A stretch of 64,000 nt of DNA from a bacterium (GCA_037133395.1 JBAXOG010000001.1:38123-102122), one strand, 5' to 3'. Counted from the stretch's first letter, positions 47,788 to 59,103 are shown. Numbers and translations: made by a program. The notes: generated by a model from the letters alone, not told the origin.

Positions 47788-50625
47788 ATGGTTATTATGG
47801 CAAAGAAAGCACCAGCTGCTGCTAAGAAAGCACCAGCTAAGAACGCGAAATATGTTTATTCCTTCGGCGCAACGCAGTCCGAAGGTAAAGGTTCCATGAA
47901 ACAATTACTCGGCGGTAAGGGCGCAAACCTCGCTGATATGGCAAGCATCGGTCTGCCGGTGCCTCCAGGATTCACCATTACGACTGAAGCCTGCGCTAAG
48001 TATTATGAGATTGGCGAAAAGAACCTTCAGGCCCTGATCGCAAAGGAAATGGATGTTGCGCTAGCCAAACTCGAAAAGGCAACCGGAAAGACTTTCGGTT
48101 CTGGCAAGAATCCCTTGCTCGTATCGGTCCGTTCAGGCGCGGCAGTCTCCATGCCTGGCATGATGGATACGGTGTTGAACCTCGGACTAAATCCCGAAAC
48201 CGTCAATGCCATGATCGAACGGACGCAGAATCCGCGTTTCGTGTGGGACTCCTACCGCCGCTTCATGCAGATGTTCGGCAGCGTGGTGATGGGTGTTGAT
48301 CATCATGACTTCGAGCATGAACTCGCCGCCGTGAAAAAAGAAGCGGGTATCAAAATCGACAACGAACTCACAACCGAGCACCTACAAGAAGTCGTCAAGC
48401 GTTACGAGACGGTTGTTAAGAATGCGACAGGCAAGCAATTCCCGACCTGCGCCATGGAGCAGCTCCGTGCCGGCATCAATGCTGTGTTTGGCTCCTGGAA
48501 CAATCCGCGCGCCAACAAGTATCGCGAAATGTATGACATTCGCGGCTTGCTCGGTACCGCCGTGAACGTCCAGGCGATGGTCTTCGGCAACTCGGGTTCC
48601 AACTCCGCCACAGGCGTTGCGTTCACACGCGACCCCTCCACCGGCGACAACAAGTATTTCTATGGCGAATACCTCATCAACGCTCAGGGCGAAGATGTCG
48701 TGGCGGGTATCCGCACGCCGCAGCAGATCACCATCGCGGGTTCCCGCGAATGGGCGAAGAGCCAGGGCATCTGCGAGCAGTCCCGCAAGACTGGCTATCC
48801 TGCACTCCAGGAATCCATGCCCAAGGTCTTCAAACAACTCGACACCATCCGTGTCACGTTGGAGAAGCACTATAAGGATATGCAGGATCTTGAATTCACC
48901 ATCGAAGATGGTAAGCTCTACATGCTTCAAACCCGTAATGGTAAGCGTACGGCTGCAGCAGCAGTCCGCATCGCCACCGACCTCGTCAAAGAGAAGCTGA
49001 TCGACGAGAAGTCAGCCGTCCTGCGCGTTGACCCGATGTCATTGGATCAACTTCTGCATCCGATCTTCGACAAGAACGCCGAAGCCAAGGCTCAGAAACT
49101 GACCGTCGGACTGCCGGCATCGCCTGGCGCAGCTACAGGACAGATCGTCTTCTCCGCGCATGCAGCGGAAGCTTGGGCGAAGCAGGGCAAGATTGTCATT
49201 TTGGTTCGTATCGAAACGAGCCCTGAAGATCTCGCAGGCATGGACGCGGCCAAGGGTATCCTGACCGCGCGCGGTGGCATGACGTCCCACGCAGCCGTGG
49301 TTGCTCGCGGTATGGGCAAGTGCTGCGTCTCGGGTGCTGGCGATGCACAAATCGACTATGCCAAGAAGACATTGACCATCGGCAAGGTGACGCTGAAGGA
49401 AGGTGAATGGCTCTCGCTCAACGGTTCGACCGGCGCGGTGTATAAAGGCGAAGTCGCAACCATCGAAGCGAAGCTCACGGGTCCTTTCGCACAGATCATG
49501 AAGTTGGCTGACAAGTATCGCACGCTTCAGGTCCGCACGAATGCAGACACCCCGCACGATGCAGCAGTCGCTGTGAACTTTGGCGCTGAAGGCATCGGCC
49601 TCTGCCGTACCGAGCACATGTTCTTCGAAGAAGGCCGCATCATCGCCTTCCGCCGCTTGATCCTCGTTGCGGAGACCGTGAAGAAGTTGCGCGCTGAACT
49701 CTCGAACGCTGCCGAAAAAGACAGAGCCGAGATCGAAGCGAACCTCAAGGAGCCTCTCTCTCAGTACCTGCAGGCGCTCGCAGCTCTCCTGCCTCTCCAG
49801 CGTAAGGATTTCGAGGGCATCTTCAAGGCGCTCAAGGGCCGTCCTTGCACGATCCGCTTCCTCGATCCACCCCTGCATGAATTCCTGCCTCAGAACGACA
49901 ATCCTCAGGGTCAGAAGGAAATGGCTGCACTCCTGAATGTCAAGGTCGACCAGATCAAGCGTATTGTGGACGAACTCCATGAGTTCAACCCGATGCTCGG
50001 ACACCGTGGCTGCCGCCTCGGTATCACCTATCCGGAAGTGACCGAGATGCAAGCCCGCGCCGTTGCGGAAGCAGCCGCCAGGGTCAAGGGCTCCAAGGCT
50101 GAGATCATGATTCCGCTCGTGGGCAATGTCAAGGAACTGACCCTCCAGAAGGAGATCGTCCTGCGGACCATCGCACTGGTCGAGAAGGAAAAGAAGATCA
50201 AGCTGTCGATCTCCATCGGCACCATGATTGAAGTTCCTCGCGCCGCCATGACTGCGGATGAGATCGCTGCTGAAGCGGACTTCTTCTCATTCGGCACGAA
50301 TGACCTCACCCAGATGGGATGCGGCTTCTCACGTGACGATGCAGGCAAGTTCCTCGGCGAGTATGTCTCCAAGGGCATCTACGACTATGACCCCTTCCAA
50401 GTGCTGGACCAGGCTGGCGTTGGCCGTCTGATGCAGTATGCGGTCGAGCATGGCCGTGCGGTCAAGCCCGGCATGAAGATGGGCATCTGCGGCGAACACG
50501 GTGGCGAACCCAAGACCATCGGCTTCTGCCACAAGATCGGACTCACCTACGTCTCCTGTTCACCGTACCGCGTGCCAATCGCACGCCTCGCGGCTGCACA
50601 GGCCGCGTTGAGAGCCAATAAGTAA
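47788..50625 (+). CDS. ppdK: Pyruvate, phosphate dikinase with Lys/Ala-rich N-terminal tail
   Basis: YVYSFG...GGKGANLADM...GLPVPPGFTITTEAC canonical PPDK N-terminus, central phospho-His domain, C-terminal PEP-utilising TIM barrel. The 20-aa tail AKKAPAAAKKAPAKNAK precedes it. Confidence 0.9.
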   Translation: MVIMAKKAPAAAKKAPAKNAKYVYSFGATQSEGKGSMKQLLGGKGANLADMASIGLPVPPGFTITTEACAKYYEIGEKNLQALIAKEMDVALAKLEKATGKTFGSGKNPLLVSVRSGAAVSMPGMMDTVLNLGLNPETVNAMIERTQNPRFVWDSYRRFMQMFGSVVMGVDHHDFEHELAAVKKEAGIKIDNELTTEHLQEVVKRYETVVKNATGKQFPTCAMEQLRAGINAVFGSWNNPRANKYREMYDIRGLLGTAVNVQAMVFGNSGSNSATGVAFTRDPSTGDNKYFYGEYLINAQGEDVVAGIRTPQQITIAGSREWAKSQGICEQSRKTGYPALQESMPKVFKQLDTIRVTLEKHYKDMQDLEFTIEDGKLYMLQTRNGKRTAAAAVRIATDLVKEKLIDEKSAVLRVDPMSLDQLLHPIFDKNAEAKAQKLTVGLPASPGAATGQIVFSAHAAEAWAKQGKIVILVRIETSPEDLAGMDAAKGILTARGGMTSHAAVVARGMGKCCVSGAGDAQIDYAKKTLTIGKVTLKEGEWLSLNGSTGAVYKGEVATIEAKLTGPFAQIMKLADKYRTLQVRTNADTPHDAAVAVNFGAEGIGLCRTEHMFFEEGRIIAFRRLILVAETVKKLRAELSNAAEKDRAEIEANLKEPLSQYLQALAALLPLQRKDFEGIFKALKGRPCTIRFLDPPLHEFLPQNDNPQGQKEMAALLNVKVDQIKRIVDELHEFNPMLGHRGCRLGITYPEVTEMQARAVAEAAARVKGSKAEIMIPLVGNVKELTLQKEIVLRTIALVEKEKKIKLSISIGTMIEVPRAAMTADEIAAEADFFSFGTNDLTQMGCGFSRDDAGKFLGEYVSKGIYDYDPFQVLDQAGVGRLMQYAVEHGRAVKPGMKMGICGEHGGEPKTIGFCHKIGLTYVSCSPYRVPIARLAAAQAALRANK

Positions 50626-50642
50626 GGGAATACCCCATACAT

Positions 50643-50693
50643 GGAGGGTGCGGTTTCACCCGCACCGTCGGTCGGGATGTAACCCGACCCTCC
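50643..50693. repeat. Structured repeat C3: GGAGGG-[GTGCGG/CCGCAC hairpin]-[GGTCGGG/CCCGACC hairpin]-CCCTCC in the ppdK 3' UTR
   Basis: Same outer-stem plus two-hairpin architecture as 33151-33201 and 59104-59152, but with different hairpin sequences. Confidence 0.5.
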
Positions 50694-50710
50694 AATATGA
50701 AACCGAACAA

Positions 50711-50751
50711 CACCGCTTGAGCGATTAAAATCCTTCAAGCGGTGTTTTTTA
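50711..50751 (+). terminator. Rho-independent terminator after ppdK
   Basis: 10-bp stem CACCGCTTGA/TCAAGCGGTG followed by TTTTTT. Confidence 0.6.
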
Positions 50752-50856
50752 ATTTTTCCTAACACATTTCTAACACCAAACTTTTGGACAAGCGGGGCCC
50801 TTTCTGCTTTAATAGAACACGAATCAACCTAATGAGGGTTGTCAAGGAGGATGGTC

Positions 50857-51660
50857 ATGTTAGTCAGCAAAAGTTTATCTTATCTGTTGGGCCTCATCAT
50901 GGTGGGGACGCTACTCGTGAGCGGGTGCGGAAAATCACGTGAAAACATTACTGTCGCAGGTTCAACAGCGTTTCAACCCTTTGCCGAAAAGCTGGCAGAT
51001 CAATATATGAACACGCATCCCGAAGTCTCGATCACCATTCAAGGCGGTGGCTCGGCATTGGGCATCCAGTCTGCGTTGTCAGGTGCAGCGCAGATCGGCA
51101 TGGCGGATCTCGTCAAGTTGCCAGCAGAAGCCGCAGCACTTAAAAATTTAATCGTGGCACGCGACGGAATCGCGGTCGTGGTACACCCCTCCAACGCCAT
51201 CAAGGGATTGACTACTGATCAGGTCCGAGGCATCTTTAGTGGCACGATCAAAAACTGGAAAGAGCTCGGTGGAAACGACCATACGATCTCGGTTATCTCA
51301 CGGGAAGCAGGATCAGGAACCCGGTCCTCATTCGAAAAAATAGTCGGCAACATGACGTTGACCAAAGATGCGCTCATTCAGGATTCCAACGGCACCATCC
51401 GCGAGACCGTCGCCAATGATTCCTTTGCCGTCGGCTATCTCTCCCATGGGTTGATCAACGAAAAAATCAAAGCCGTCTCCGTTGACGGAGCCTCCTGTGG
51501 GGAGCAAGACATTGTGGCAGGACGCTATCCCTTGGTCCGTCCGGTCTTCCTCATATACAAGCCTACGATCTCTCCTGCAGGTCAGGCCTTCCTGAACTAT
51601 CTGCTCTCCGAAGAGGCCCAAGTGTTGATTCATAAGAACGGCCTGATCCGGGCCAAGTAA
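50857..51660 (+). CDS. pstS: Phosphate ABC transporter substrate-binding protein
   Basis: Signal peptide then TVAGSTAFQPFAEKLADQY...GGGSALGIQ. AAGGAGG RBS 8 nt before this ATG. The ORF track starts at 50839 (TTG). Confidence 0.85.
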   Translation: MLVSKSLSYLLGLIMVGTLLVSGCGKSRENITVAGSTAFQPFAEKLADQYMNTHPEVSITIQGGGSALGIQSALSGAAQIGMADLVKLPAEAAALKNLIVARDGIAVVVHPSNAIKGLTTDQVRGIFSGTIKNWKELGGNDHTISVISREAGSGTRSSFEKIVGNMTLTKDALIQDSNGTIRETVANDSFAVGYLSHGLINEKIKAVSVDGASCGEQDIVAGRYPLVRPVFLIYKPTISPAGQAFLNYLLSEEAQVLIHKNGLIRAK

Positions 51661-51664
51661 AAAA

Positions 51665-52531
51665 ATGATGCGTCTAAAGATCAATGGGGAGCACGTAGCT
51701 AAGGGGCTATTGACCGTTGTGGCTTTTTCGGCTTTAGCCAGCCTGTTGTTGATTGCGATCTTCATCTTCAAAGAGGGATTGCCGTTCATGTTCAAGATCG
51801 GCCTCAGGGATTTTCTATTCTCTTCCGATTGGAATCCTCAGGACGGAAAATTCGGCATTTTTTCGATGATCGTCTCGTCGCTCTATGTCACCTTAGGCGC
51901 GATGTTGATCGGTGCGCCACTGGGCATTGCAGGGGCAATCTTTCTGAATGAATTTGTACCCCGTCCCTTCATGCGTATTATCAAGCCCACCATCGAACTG
52001 CTGGCTGGAATCCCCTCGGTCGTCTTTGGATTTCTCGGCGTCATGGTCCTCGCGCCCTTTATTCGCGAGTATATGGGCGGACCTGGACTTTCGATTCTGG
52101 CCGCTTCAATCATTCTGGGCATCATGGTTCTGCCGACGGTCATCAGCATCTCAACAGATGCGATTGCAGCAGTTCCTAATTCTTATCGTGAAGGGGCACT
52201 TGCACTCGGGGCGACCCGTTGGCAGAGCGTCCACATGGTCATTCTAAAAGCGGCCCGCTCCGGGATAATCGCCAGCGTTATTTTGGCTATGGGACGATCC
52301 TTGGGCGAGACCATGGCCGTGATCATGGTGGCAGGCAACACGGTGCGAATTCCCCATTCGCTGACCGATCCCGTACGTACGCTCACTGCGAATATCGCGC
52401 TGGAGATGTCCAATGCGACAGGTCTTGCACGAGAGGCACTCTTCGCGACAGGCATCGTGCTTTTCGTTCTAATCATGATCCTGAACGCGATCGCGATTTC
52501 AGCCATGAAGAGTAAAGGGGGAAAACGATGA
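51665..52531 (+). CDS. pstC: Phosphate ABC transporter permease PstC
   Basis: ABC permease EAA-like motif region, 6 TM. Confidence 0.85.
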   Translation: MMRLKINGEHVAKGLLTVVAFSALASLLLIAIFIFKEGLPFMFKIGLRDFLFSSDWNPQDGKFGIFSMIVSSLYVTLGAMLIGAPLGIAGAIFLNEFVPRPFMRIIKPTIELLAGIPSVVFGFLGVMVLAPFIREYMGGPGLSILAASIILGIMVLPTVISISTDAIAAVPNSYREGALALGATRWQSVHMVILKAARSGIIASVILAMGRSLGETMAVIMVAGNTVRIPHSLTDPVRTLTANIALEMSNATGLAREALFATGIVLFVLIMILNAIAISAMKSKGGKR

Positions 52532-53367
52532 GAATTTCTCCTAAAATTACGCAAGCTTTGGCTGTTCTGGTCTTGGGTTCCGCCACGTTGTTAACCGTCA
52601 TCATCCTACTCTTTGTCGTCGCCTTCGTATTAGTCAAGGGCTTACCAGGTGTGACCTGGGACTTTCTCTCCTCCGCCCCCAAGGAGATGGGCAAGGAGGG
52701 CGGGATTCTGCCCACACTGGTCGGCACGATCTTACTGCCTCTGCTGGCCATCGGCATAGCGATGCCACTTGGCGTCGGCACCGCTATCTATTTGACTGAG
52801 TATACCCGCGAGACGCGCATGACGCGGGCGTTGCGGTTCGGCACGGACTGTCTGGCTGGCATCCCATCGATTATCTTCGGCTTATTCGGATTTATTTTTT
52901 TCGTGGTCATGCTCAAGATGGGGTGGTGCCTCTTGTCCGGCGCACTCACCCTGTCCATCATGGTGCTCCCGACGATCATCCGGACATCCGAAGAGGCGAT
53001 TCGAGCCGTGCCGAATGCCTATCGTGAAGTCAGTTTCTCACTCGGTGCGACGCGCTGGGAGACGGTGATGAAGGTGATCCTTCCCAATGCCTTGCCAGGG
53101 ATCATGACGGGCATGATTTTGGGCGTGGGCCGCTCGATCGGCGAAACCGCCGCGGTGATCTTCACGGCGGGCTCCTCCTTACGAATGCCGCTGACGGTCT
53201 TCGATTCTGTGCGAACCATGTCGGTTCACTTCTACATTCTCGCCCGTGAAGGGATCTCCAATGAGAAGGCCTACGCGACTGCCGCTGTCCTGATCATCTC
53301 GGTGTTGCTAATCAATTTCGTGGCCTACACCATGATGAACCGCTTTATTTCGAAGAGGTCTAAATGA
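52528..53367 (+). CDS. pstA: Phosphate ABC transporter permease PstA
   Basis: Paralogous permease, overlapping start (ATGA). Confidence 0.85.
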   Translation: MRISPKITQALAVLVLGSATLLTVIILLFVVAFVLVKGLPGVTWDFLSSAPKEMGKEGGILPTLVGTILLPLLAIGIAMPLGVGTAIYLTEYTRETRMTRALRFGTDCLAGIPSIIFGLFGFIFFVVMLKMGWCLLSGALTLSIMVLPTIIRTSEEAIRAVPNAYREVSFSLGATRWETVMKVILPNALPGIMTGMILGVGRSIGETAAVIFTAGSSLRMPLTVFDSVRTMSVHFYILAREGISNEKAYATAAVLIISVLLINFVAYTMMNRFISKRSK

Positions 53368-54134
53368 GCGAAGCTCCTATCATCAAAATTGCACTTGAAA
53401 GTTTCAAATTCTTTCAAGATCGCAAACCGCTCTTGAACGGTATCACCTTAGATGTTTGCGCAAACCGCATTCTGGGTGTAATCGGCCCAGCGGGTTCGGG
53501 CAAGACGACCTTCCTAAGGTCCTTGAACCGGCTCAATGATCTGCTCTTGGACACCCATAGCGAGGGGCAGGCTCTTCTGGACGGGCAAGATATCTACCAT
53601 CCAACATACGATGTGGTGATGCTCCGCAAACGGGTCGGCATGCTGTTCGCGCTGCCCGTAGCTCTCCCCATGAGCATCTATGAAAACGTAGTCTATGGCC
53701 CTCGGCTTTCAGGAATCCGAAAACGGAGCCGACTCGATCAGATCGTGGAGCAAAGCCTGAAAGCCGCCTTCCTGTGGGACGAGGTCAAAGACCGTCTACA
53801 GATGTCGGGCTTGCGCCTCTCCGGTGGCCAGCAGCAGCGTCTCTGCCTAGCACGCGTCCTAGCCATGGAGGAACTGGAAGTCATTTTGCTGGACGAACCC
53901 TGTTCAGGCCTCGACCCCATTTCAACAGCGAAGATCGAGGAAGCATTGACTGTGTTGAAGCAAAAGTATACCATCATTTTGGTGACCAACAATACGAAGC
54001 AGGCTGCGCGCGTGGCAGATGATACAGCCTTCTTTCTCTTGGGCGATCTGATTGAATATGGAAAGACAGAAAAAATCTTTACCGTTCCAGATGATAAACG
54101 GACCAATGATTATGTGACAGGCAGATTCGGATGA
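53364..54134 (+). CDS. pstB: Phosphate ABC transporter ATP-binding protein PstB (copy 1)
   Basis: Walker [19 protein letters not shown] signature. Confidence 0.9.
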   Translation: MSEAPIIKIALESFKFFQDRKPLLNGITLDVCANRILGVIGPAGSGKTTFLRSLNRLNDLLLDTHSEGQALLDGQDIYHPTYDVVMLRKRVGMLFALPVALPMSIYENVVYGPRLSGIRKRSRLDQIVEQSLKAAFLWDEVKDRLQMSGLRLSGGQQQRLCLARVLAMEELEVILLDEPCSGLDPISTAKIEEALTVLKQKYTIILVTNNTKQAARVADDTAFFLLGDLIEYGKTEKIFTVPDDKRTNDYVTGRFG

Positions 54135-54886
54135 GTACAGTCATTAGTATTGAAAAATTAGATTTGTTCTATGGCGCATTTCAAGCACTGAAACAAGTGT
54201 CCATGAATGTCAGGGGGCGCCATATCACAGCGTTAATCGGACCGTCAGGGTGCGGAAAGTCAACCTTGCTACGGGCGATCAACCGAATGAACGATTTGGT
54301 CCCAGGCGTGAAGATCACTGGATCAATTCTCTTCGACGGCAAGGATATCTATGCCTCTGGCGTGGATGTCTGTACGTTGCGCAAACGTATCGGCATGGTC
54401 TTCCAGCGACCCAATCCCTTTCCGCTTTCCGTCTTTGACAATGTCGCCTTCGGCCTGCGCGTGGAAGGCAGATCCAGCTGGCAGGAAATCGAGAACATTG
54501 TCGAGCAGAGCCTCAAACGCGCGTGGCTGTGGGAGCCGCTCAAGGATAAACTGAACGACTCGGCACTCTCGCTCCCGTTGGATCAGCAACAGCGTCTGTG
54601 CATAGCTCGGTTGCTGGCTGTCGAGCCAGAAGTAATTCTCATGGATGAGCCCTGTTCAGCTTTGGATCCGATCTCCACCAGCAAGATCGAGGAGCTGATG
54701 CTGGAGTTGAAAAAAGATTACACCATCGTGATCGTCACGCACAACATGCAACAGGCTGCCCGCATTTCAGATTATTCAGGCTACATGTTGCTAGGCGATA
54801 TGATTGAATTCGGCGAGACCGCCGGCATTTTCACGAATCCCAAGGATAAGCGGACACAGGATTACATCAGCGGACGGTATGGATAA
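54131..54886 (+). CDS. pstB: Phosphate ABC transporter ATP-binding protein PstB (copy 2)
   Basis: Walker [19 protein letters not shown] (degenerate signature [11 protein letters not shown]). Confidence 0.9.
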   Translation: MSTVISIEKLDLFYGAFQALKQVSMNVRGRHITALIGPSGCGKSTLLRAINRMNDLVPGVKITGSILFDGKDIYASGVDVCTLRKRIGMVFQRPNPFPLSVFDNVAFGLRVEGRSSWQEIENIVEQSLKRAWLWEPLKDKLNDSALSLPLDQQQRLCIARLLAVEPEVILMDEPCSALDPISTSKIEELMLELKKDYTIVIVTHNMQQAARISDYSGYMLLGDMIEFGETAGIFTNPKDKRTQDYISGRYG

Positions 54887-54907
54887 GTTAAGATAAGGCG
54901 GTGAATT

Positions 54908-55588
54908 ATGGAACGGCATTTTGATGAACAATTGCAGGCATTGAGAAATCATCTGATGAAGATGAGCGCCATGGCGGAAGTGATGATCGCGGATGCGGTC
55001 CGTTCTGTGGTTGATCGCGACAAGGATGCCATTCCTCCGGTCTATGAGCGCGAGGAACTGGTCAACGAGATGCAGATGGAGATCGATGAGAGCTGCATGA
55101 AGCTGATTGCTCTGAACCAGCCGGCTGCAGGCGACCTGCGTTTTATTCTGGGCATCATCAAGACCAATGGAGAGCTGGAGCGATTGGCTGATGAAGCCGT
55201 CAATATTGTCAAGAAAGCGGAACATCTGCTGACGGTTGATCAACTGAAGCCGTTTGAGCTCATTCCAGAGACATCGCATATCGCCCGGAGCATGGTACGG
55301 GATAGTCTGCGCAGTTTTGTCAACCGAAACTCCTCCCTGGCCCGAGAGGTCTTGGTACGGGATGATCAGCTCGATACATTGAAGACAAAAATCATCGATT
55401 TGTTGAAAGCCTGCATGACCGAGGATTCCCAAACCGTTTCTCGTGCGCTTGATCTGATGTACATCGCCCGGTGTCTCGAACGGATCGGGGATCACGCCAC
55501 AAACATCGCAGAAAACGCCATCTTTGTTGTCGATGGCGTTGATGTACGCCATCATGCCGATGAAAAACGTTTGAAAAAGCAGCCATAA
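54908..55588 (+). CDS. phoU: Phosphate signalling protein PhoU
   Basis: Two PhoU repeats, 226 aa, directly downstream of pstB. Confidence 0.85.
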   Translation: MERHFDEQLQALRNHLMKMSAMAEVMIADAVRSVVDRDKDAIPPVYEREELVNEMQMEIDESCMKLIALNQPAAGDLRFILGIIKTNGELERLADEAVNIVKKAEHLLTVDQLKPFELIPETSHIARSMVRDSLRSFVNRNSSLAREVLVRDDQLDTLKTKIIDLLKACMTEDSQTVSRALDLMYIARCLERIGDHATNIAENAIFVVDGVDVRHHADEKRLKKQP

Positions 55589-55623
55589 ACGGCGGCTTTA
55601 TTTATATATTCTCTTGATTCCAC

Positions 55624-55652
55624 TTGAAACCCATAAACCCCTTGGGTATACT
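55624..55652 (+). promoter_or_regulatory. Candidate sigma-70 promoter for oadGAB (TTGAAA-17-TATACT)
   Basis: Hexamers with 17-nt spacing, about 30 nt upstream of an AGGAGG RBS and the oadG ATG. Confidence 0.35.
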
Positions 55653-55681
55653 GCCTATTACACATTATTCAGGAGGCGCTC

Positions 55682-55906
55682 ATGGAGTTATTTAATCAAA
55701 CATTTACAATCATGATTGTGGGCATGTCGTTGGTCTTTTTCTTTATTTTTATCGTCATACAGTGCATGAATTTGATTGCTTTCATGGTCCGTCGCTACGA
55801 GACAAATCACCCTGCTCTTCCTGAAGCTGAAAACGAAACACCTGCGCATAGTCACGTAGCCGCAGCAATTGCCGTAGTTACCGAACTGATCACGGAAAAG
55901 AACTAA
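55682..55906 (+). CDS. oadG: Na+-pumping decarboxylase gamma subunit (OadG-like)
   Basis: 74-aa single-TM protein directly upstream of oadA. Confidence 0.6.
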   Translation: MELFNQTFTIMIVGMSLVFFFIFIVIQCMNLIAFMVRRYETNHPALPEAENETPAHSHVAAAIAVVTELITEKN

Positions 55907-55920
55907 AAGGAGACCTGTCC

Positions 55921-57705
55921 ATGTCCCGCATTCGAATCACCGATCTCACCCTCCGCGATGCGCATCAATCCCTCTTTGCAACGCGCCTGCTAACCGAAGA
56001 TATGCTGCCGGTCGCAAAACAATTTGACCGGGCCGGTTTTTGGTCGCTCGAAACCTGGGGTGGCGCAACCTTTGACTCCTGCATCCGTTTCCTGAACGAA
56101 GATCCCTGGGTGCGCATCCGTTCACTCAAGGCCGCCATGCCCAACACGCCGATGCAGATGCTGTTGCGCGGACAGAACCTCCTGGGCTATCGCCACTACG
56201 GCGACGATGTTGTCGAGGCCTTTGTCGAATGCGCAGCCATAAACGGCGTGGATGTATTCCGTGTCTTCGATGCGCTGAATGATGTTCGGAACATGCAGAC
56301 CTCATTAAAAGCGGTCAAAAAGGCTGGTAAACATGCACAAGCAACGCTTAGTTACGCAACAAGCCCAGTCCATACCGTAGACTCTTATGTGACATTGGCA
56401 CGCGAACTTCAGAAGATGGGTGCTGACTCGCTCTGTATCAAGGACATGGCCGGCCTGCTCAAGCCTTATGATGCTTATACGCTGGTCAAGGCACTGAAGA
56501 AGGCCGTGGACCTTCCGATCCAAATCCACTCCCATGCAACCACAGGGATGTCCGTGGCGACCTTGGTCAAGGCGATTGAAGCCGGCGCAGATGGAATCGA
56601 TACCGCGATCGCCTCCATGGCCATGGGCACCAGCCACTCGCCAACCGAAACACTTGTTGAAATTTTAGCCGGAACAGAATATGACACAGGATTGGATCTG
56701 AAACCCCTCGTCGAGATCTCTGCCTATTTTCGTGAGATACGAAAAAAATACAGAGCTTTTGAATCTTCCTTCGTAGGCGCTGATCCGCGTATCCTGATCG
56801 CGCAAGTCCCCGGCGGCATGCTCTCCAACCTCGAAAGCCAGCTCAAGGAGCAGAACGCGCTGGATAAGCTCGATGCGGTGCTAGAAGAGATTTCGATTGT
56901 ACAGAAGGATTTTGGTTATCCCCCCTTGGTCACGCCGACCAGCCAGATCACCGGCACACAGGCTGTTCTGAATGTGCTGTTCGGACGTTACACCCAGCTC
57001 AGCAACGAATCAAAAAATCTGCTCGCCGGCAATTACGGAAAGACCCCCGCCCAACCGAACCCCGAACTGGTTGCACGCGCTTTGAAAGAACTCAACCTGA
57101 AAGAACAGGTCACCTGTCGTCCGGCGGATCTGATCCCGAATGAGTTTCACAAGCTTGAAGAAGATCTTCGCCAGAAGATGGGCACATCCACTGTGTCTCC
57201 TGAAGATGTGCTGACCTACGCCATGTTCCCTCAGGTGGCACTAGGATTCTTCAAGACACGGGCCAACGGGCCAGTCAAGATCGAAGCACCCAAGGCAGAG
57301 GCTGCTGTAAACACAGGCGTGTCAAAAGAACACAACCATTTCCTCGTCATGGTCGACGGTGTTGAACACCAGGTCAGCCGTATCCCCGATAAGGATGGCA
57401 ACGTACATCTGCACGTGAACGGAAAGCCTTTCAAGGTCAGCGTCGAAAAGGTTCACGCCCCTGCAGCGGCTGCGCCCCTTCCTGCGGGCACAGCGACCGC
57501 CAAGGTGCTGGCCCCTATGCCTGGAAAAATACTCTCCCTCTCTGTCGCCGACGAAACACGGGTTGCGAAAGATCAACCCATCTGCACCATGGAGGCGCTG
57601 AAGATGGAAATGGCTATTAAGACCCATCAAGCTGGCACCATCCGTTTCGCTGTCAAAGCTGGCGATACTGTAAAGGCCGGTGACACCCTGGCAGAAATCG
57701 CATAA
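55921..57705 (+). CDS. oadA: Oxaloacetate decarboxylase alpha subunit (carboxyltransferase + biotinyl domain)
   Basis: [21 protein letters not shown] and the biotin attachment motif MEALKMEM. Confidence 0.85.
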   Translation: MSRIRITDLTLRDAHQSLFATRLLTEDMLPVAKQFDRAGFWSLETWGGATFDSCIRFLNEDPWVRIRSLKAAMPNTPMQMLLRGQNLLGYRHYGDDVVEAFVECAAINGVDVFRVFDALNDVRNMQTSLKAVKKAGKHAQATLSYATSPVHTVDSYVTLARELQKMGADSLCIKDMAGLLKPYDAYTLVKALKKAVDLPIQIHSHATTGMSVATLVKAIEAGADGIDTAIASMAMGTSHSPTETLVEILAGTEYDTGLDLKPLVEISAYFREIRKKYRAFESSFVGADPRILIAQVPGGMLSNLESQLKEQNALDKLDAVLEEISIVQKDFGYPPLVTPTSQITGTQAVLNVLFGRYTQLSNESKNLLAGNYGKTPAQPNPELVARALKELNLKEQVTCRPADLIPNEFHKLEEDLRQKMGTSTVSPEDVLTYAMFPQVALGFFKTRANGPVKIEAPKAEAAVNTGVSKEHNHFLVMVDGVEHQVSRIPDKDGNVHLHVNGKPFKVSVEKVHAPAAAAPLPAGTATAKVLAPMPGKILSLSVADETRVAKDQPICTMEALKMEMAIKTHQAGTIRFAVKAGDTVKAGDTLAEIA

Positions 57706-57715
57706 GGAGATCATC

Positions 57716-59077
57716 ATGTTTCGCACCCTCACCTCTACTGTCGCCTCTCTCTATCACCGCCGCGGTATGCGTCCAATCATGTTGACCCTGCTGGTCTTCA
57801 CGGTCTTGTCTTTCATCTTCCCGGCAACGCGCCTTTCTGCGGTGCAGGCGGTTCAGCAGAGTGGTCCCGTCCTGGCAACTCAGGCGGTCGTTGTTTCACC
57901 TGCGCCGGCTACGGGCGACACAATCTCAACGATGGGCTGTCTGAAGAGTATTGTTCGCTCAACAGGGATCTGGGACATGACGGTCGGCGGCCACTGGAAG
58001 CAGGTCATCATGGTTCTCGTGGGCTTCCTCTTGCTCTATCTGGGCGTGGTCAAAGATTTTGAACCGTTGCTCCTTGTTCCGATCGGGTTCAGTACCCTCT
58101 TCGTCAATGTGCCCCTCGGCGGCATGGGCGATGCGCATGGGTTTCTATCGCTCATCTATAAATATGGCATCGAGAATGAAGTGCTTCCGCTCATTGTCTT
58201 CATGGGCATCGGCGCGTTGTGTGACTTCGGCCCCCTCCTGGCTGCACCGCGCACGGCCATCCTGGGAGCTGCTGCGCAGTTCGGTGTCTTCGGTACCCTG
58301 CTCGGTGTGGCCGCACTGAATGCCATACCTGGCTTTGACTTCTCTCTCAAGCAGGCCTGTTCCATCGCCATTATCGGCGGCGCGGACGGTCCGACCTCCA
58401 TCATTGTTGCATCGAAATATGCGCCCGAGATGATGGGCTCAATCGCGGTCGCGGCGTATTCCTATATGGCCTTGGTGCCCGTCATCCAGCCACCCATCAT
58501 GAAGCTACTCACCACAAAAAAAGAGCGGCTCATCCGTATGCGCCAAGTCCGTGAAGTAAGCCAGCTCGAGAAGACCCTCTTCCCGTTATTGCTGGTCGCT
58601 CTCTGCATCCTCCTGTTGCCGACGGCCCTGCCGTTGATGGGTTGCTTTGCCTTTGGCAACTTTATCAAGGAGTCAGGTGCTATCGAACGCATTTCCAAAA
58701 CCCTGCAGAACGAGTTGATGAATCTGGCCACAATCTTCCTCGGATTGGGCGTGGGCATGCAGATGGAAGCTGATAAGTTTGTCTCCCCAGCCACACTCGG
58801 CATTATCATCCTGGGATTGCTCGCTTTCTCTCTCGGCACGGCAGGCGGGGTGCTCTTTGCCAAGCTGATGAACCTGATCTGGAGAAAGGATCCGGTCAAT
58901 CCGCTGATCGGCTCAGCAGGCGTCAGCGCCTTCCCCATGGCAGCCCGCGTTTCCAACCGTTTAGGTCTTGAGGCTGATCCGCACAACTTCCTGTTAATGC
59001 ATGCGCTGGGCGCAAACCTCTCAGGCCAAATCGGCTCCGTTGTCGCCGCAGGCGTGATCCTGTCGATATTCAACTAG
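57716..59077 (+). CDS. oadB: Oxaloacetate decarboxylase beta subunit (Na+ translocating)
   Basis: Multi-TM protein, [23 protein letters not shown] before this ATG. The ORF track starts at 57680. Confidence 0.85.
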   Translation: MFRTLTSTVASLYHRRGMRPIMLTLLVFTVLSFIFPATRLSAVQAVQQSGPVLATQAVVVSPAPATGDTISTMGCLKSIVRSTGIWDMTVGGHWKQVIMVLVGFLLLYLGVVKDFEPLLLVPIGFSTLFVNVPLGGMGDAHGFLSLIYKYGIENEVLPLIVFMGIGALCDFGPLLAAPRTAILGAAAQFGVFGTLLGVAALNAIPGFDFSLKQACSIAIIGGADGPTSIIVASKYAPEMMGSIAVAAYSYMALVPVIQPPIMKLLTTKKERLIRMRQVREVSQLEKTLFPLLLVALCILLLPTALPLMGCFAFGNFIKESGAIERISKTLQNELMNLATIFLGLGVGMQMEADKFVSPATLGIIILGLLAFSLGTAGGVLFAKLMNLIWRKDPVNPLIGSAGVSAFPMAARVSNRLGLEADPHNFLLMHALGANLSGQIGSVVAAGVILSIFN

Positions 59078-59103
59078 AACTCCTTGCGAATGGGTTCAGG
59101 AAG

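Noticed and set aside
49039-50052. 337-aa minus-strand ORF
   Set aside because: Antisense to ppdK, whose identity is unambiguous.
54791-55555. 254-aa minus-strand ORF
   Set aside because: Antisense to phoU.
55589-55620. Possible terminator after phoU (GCAGCCATAAACGGCGGCTTTATTT)
   Set aside because: The stem is imperfect and not clearly palindromic. Not reported as a feature.
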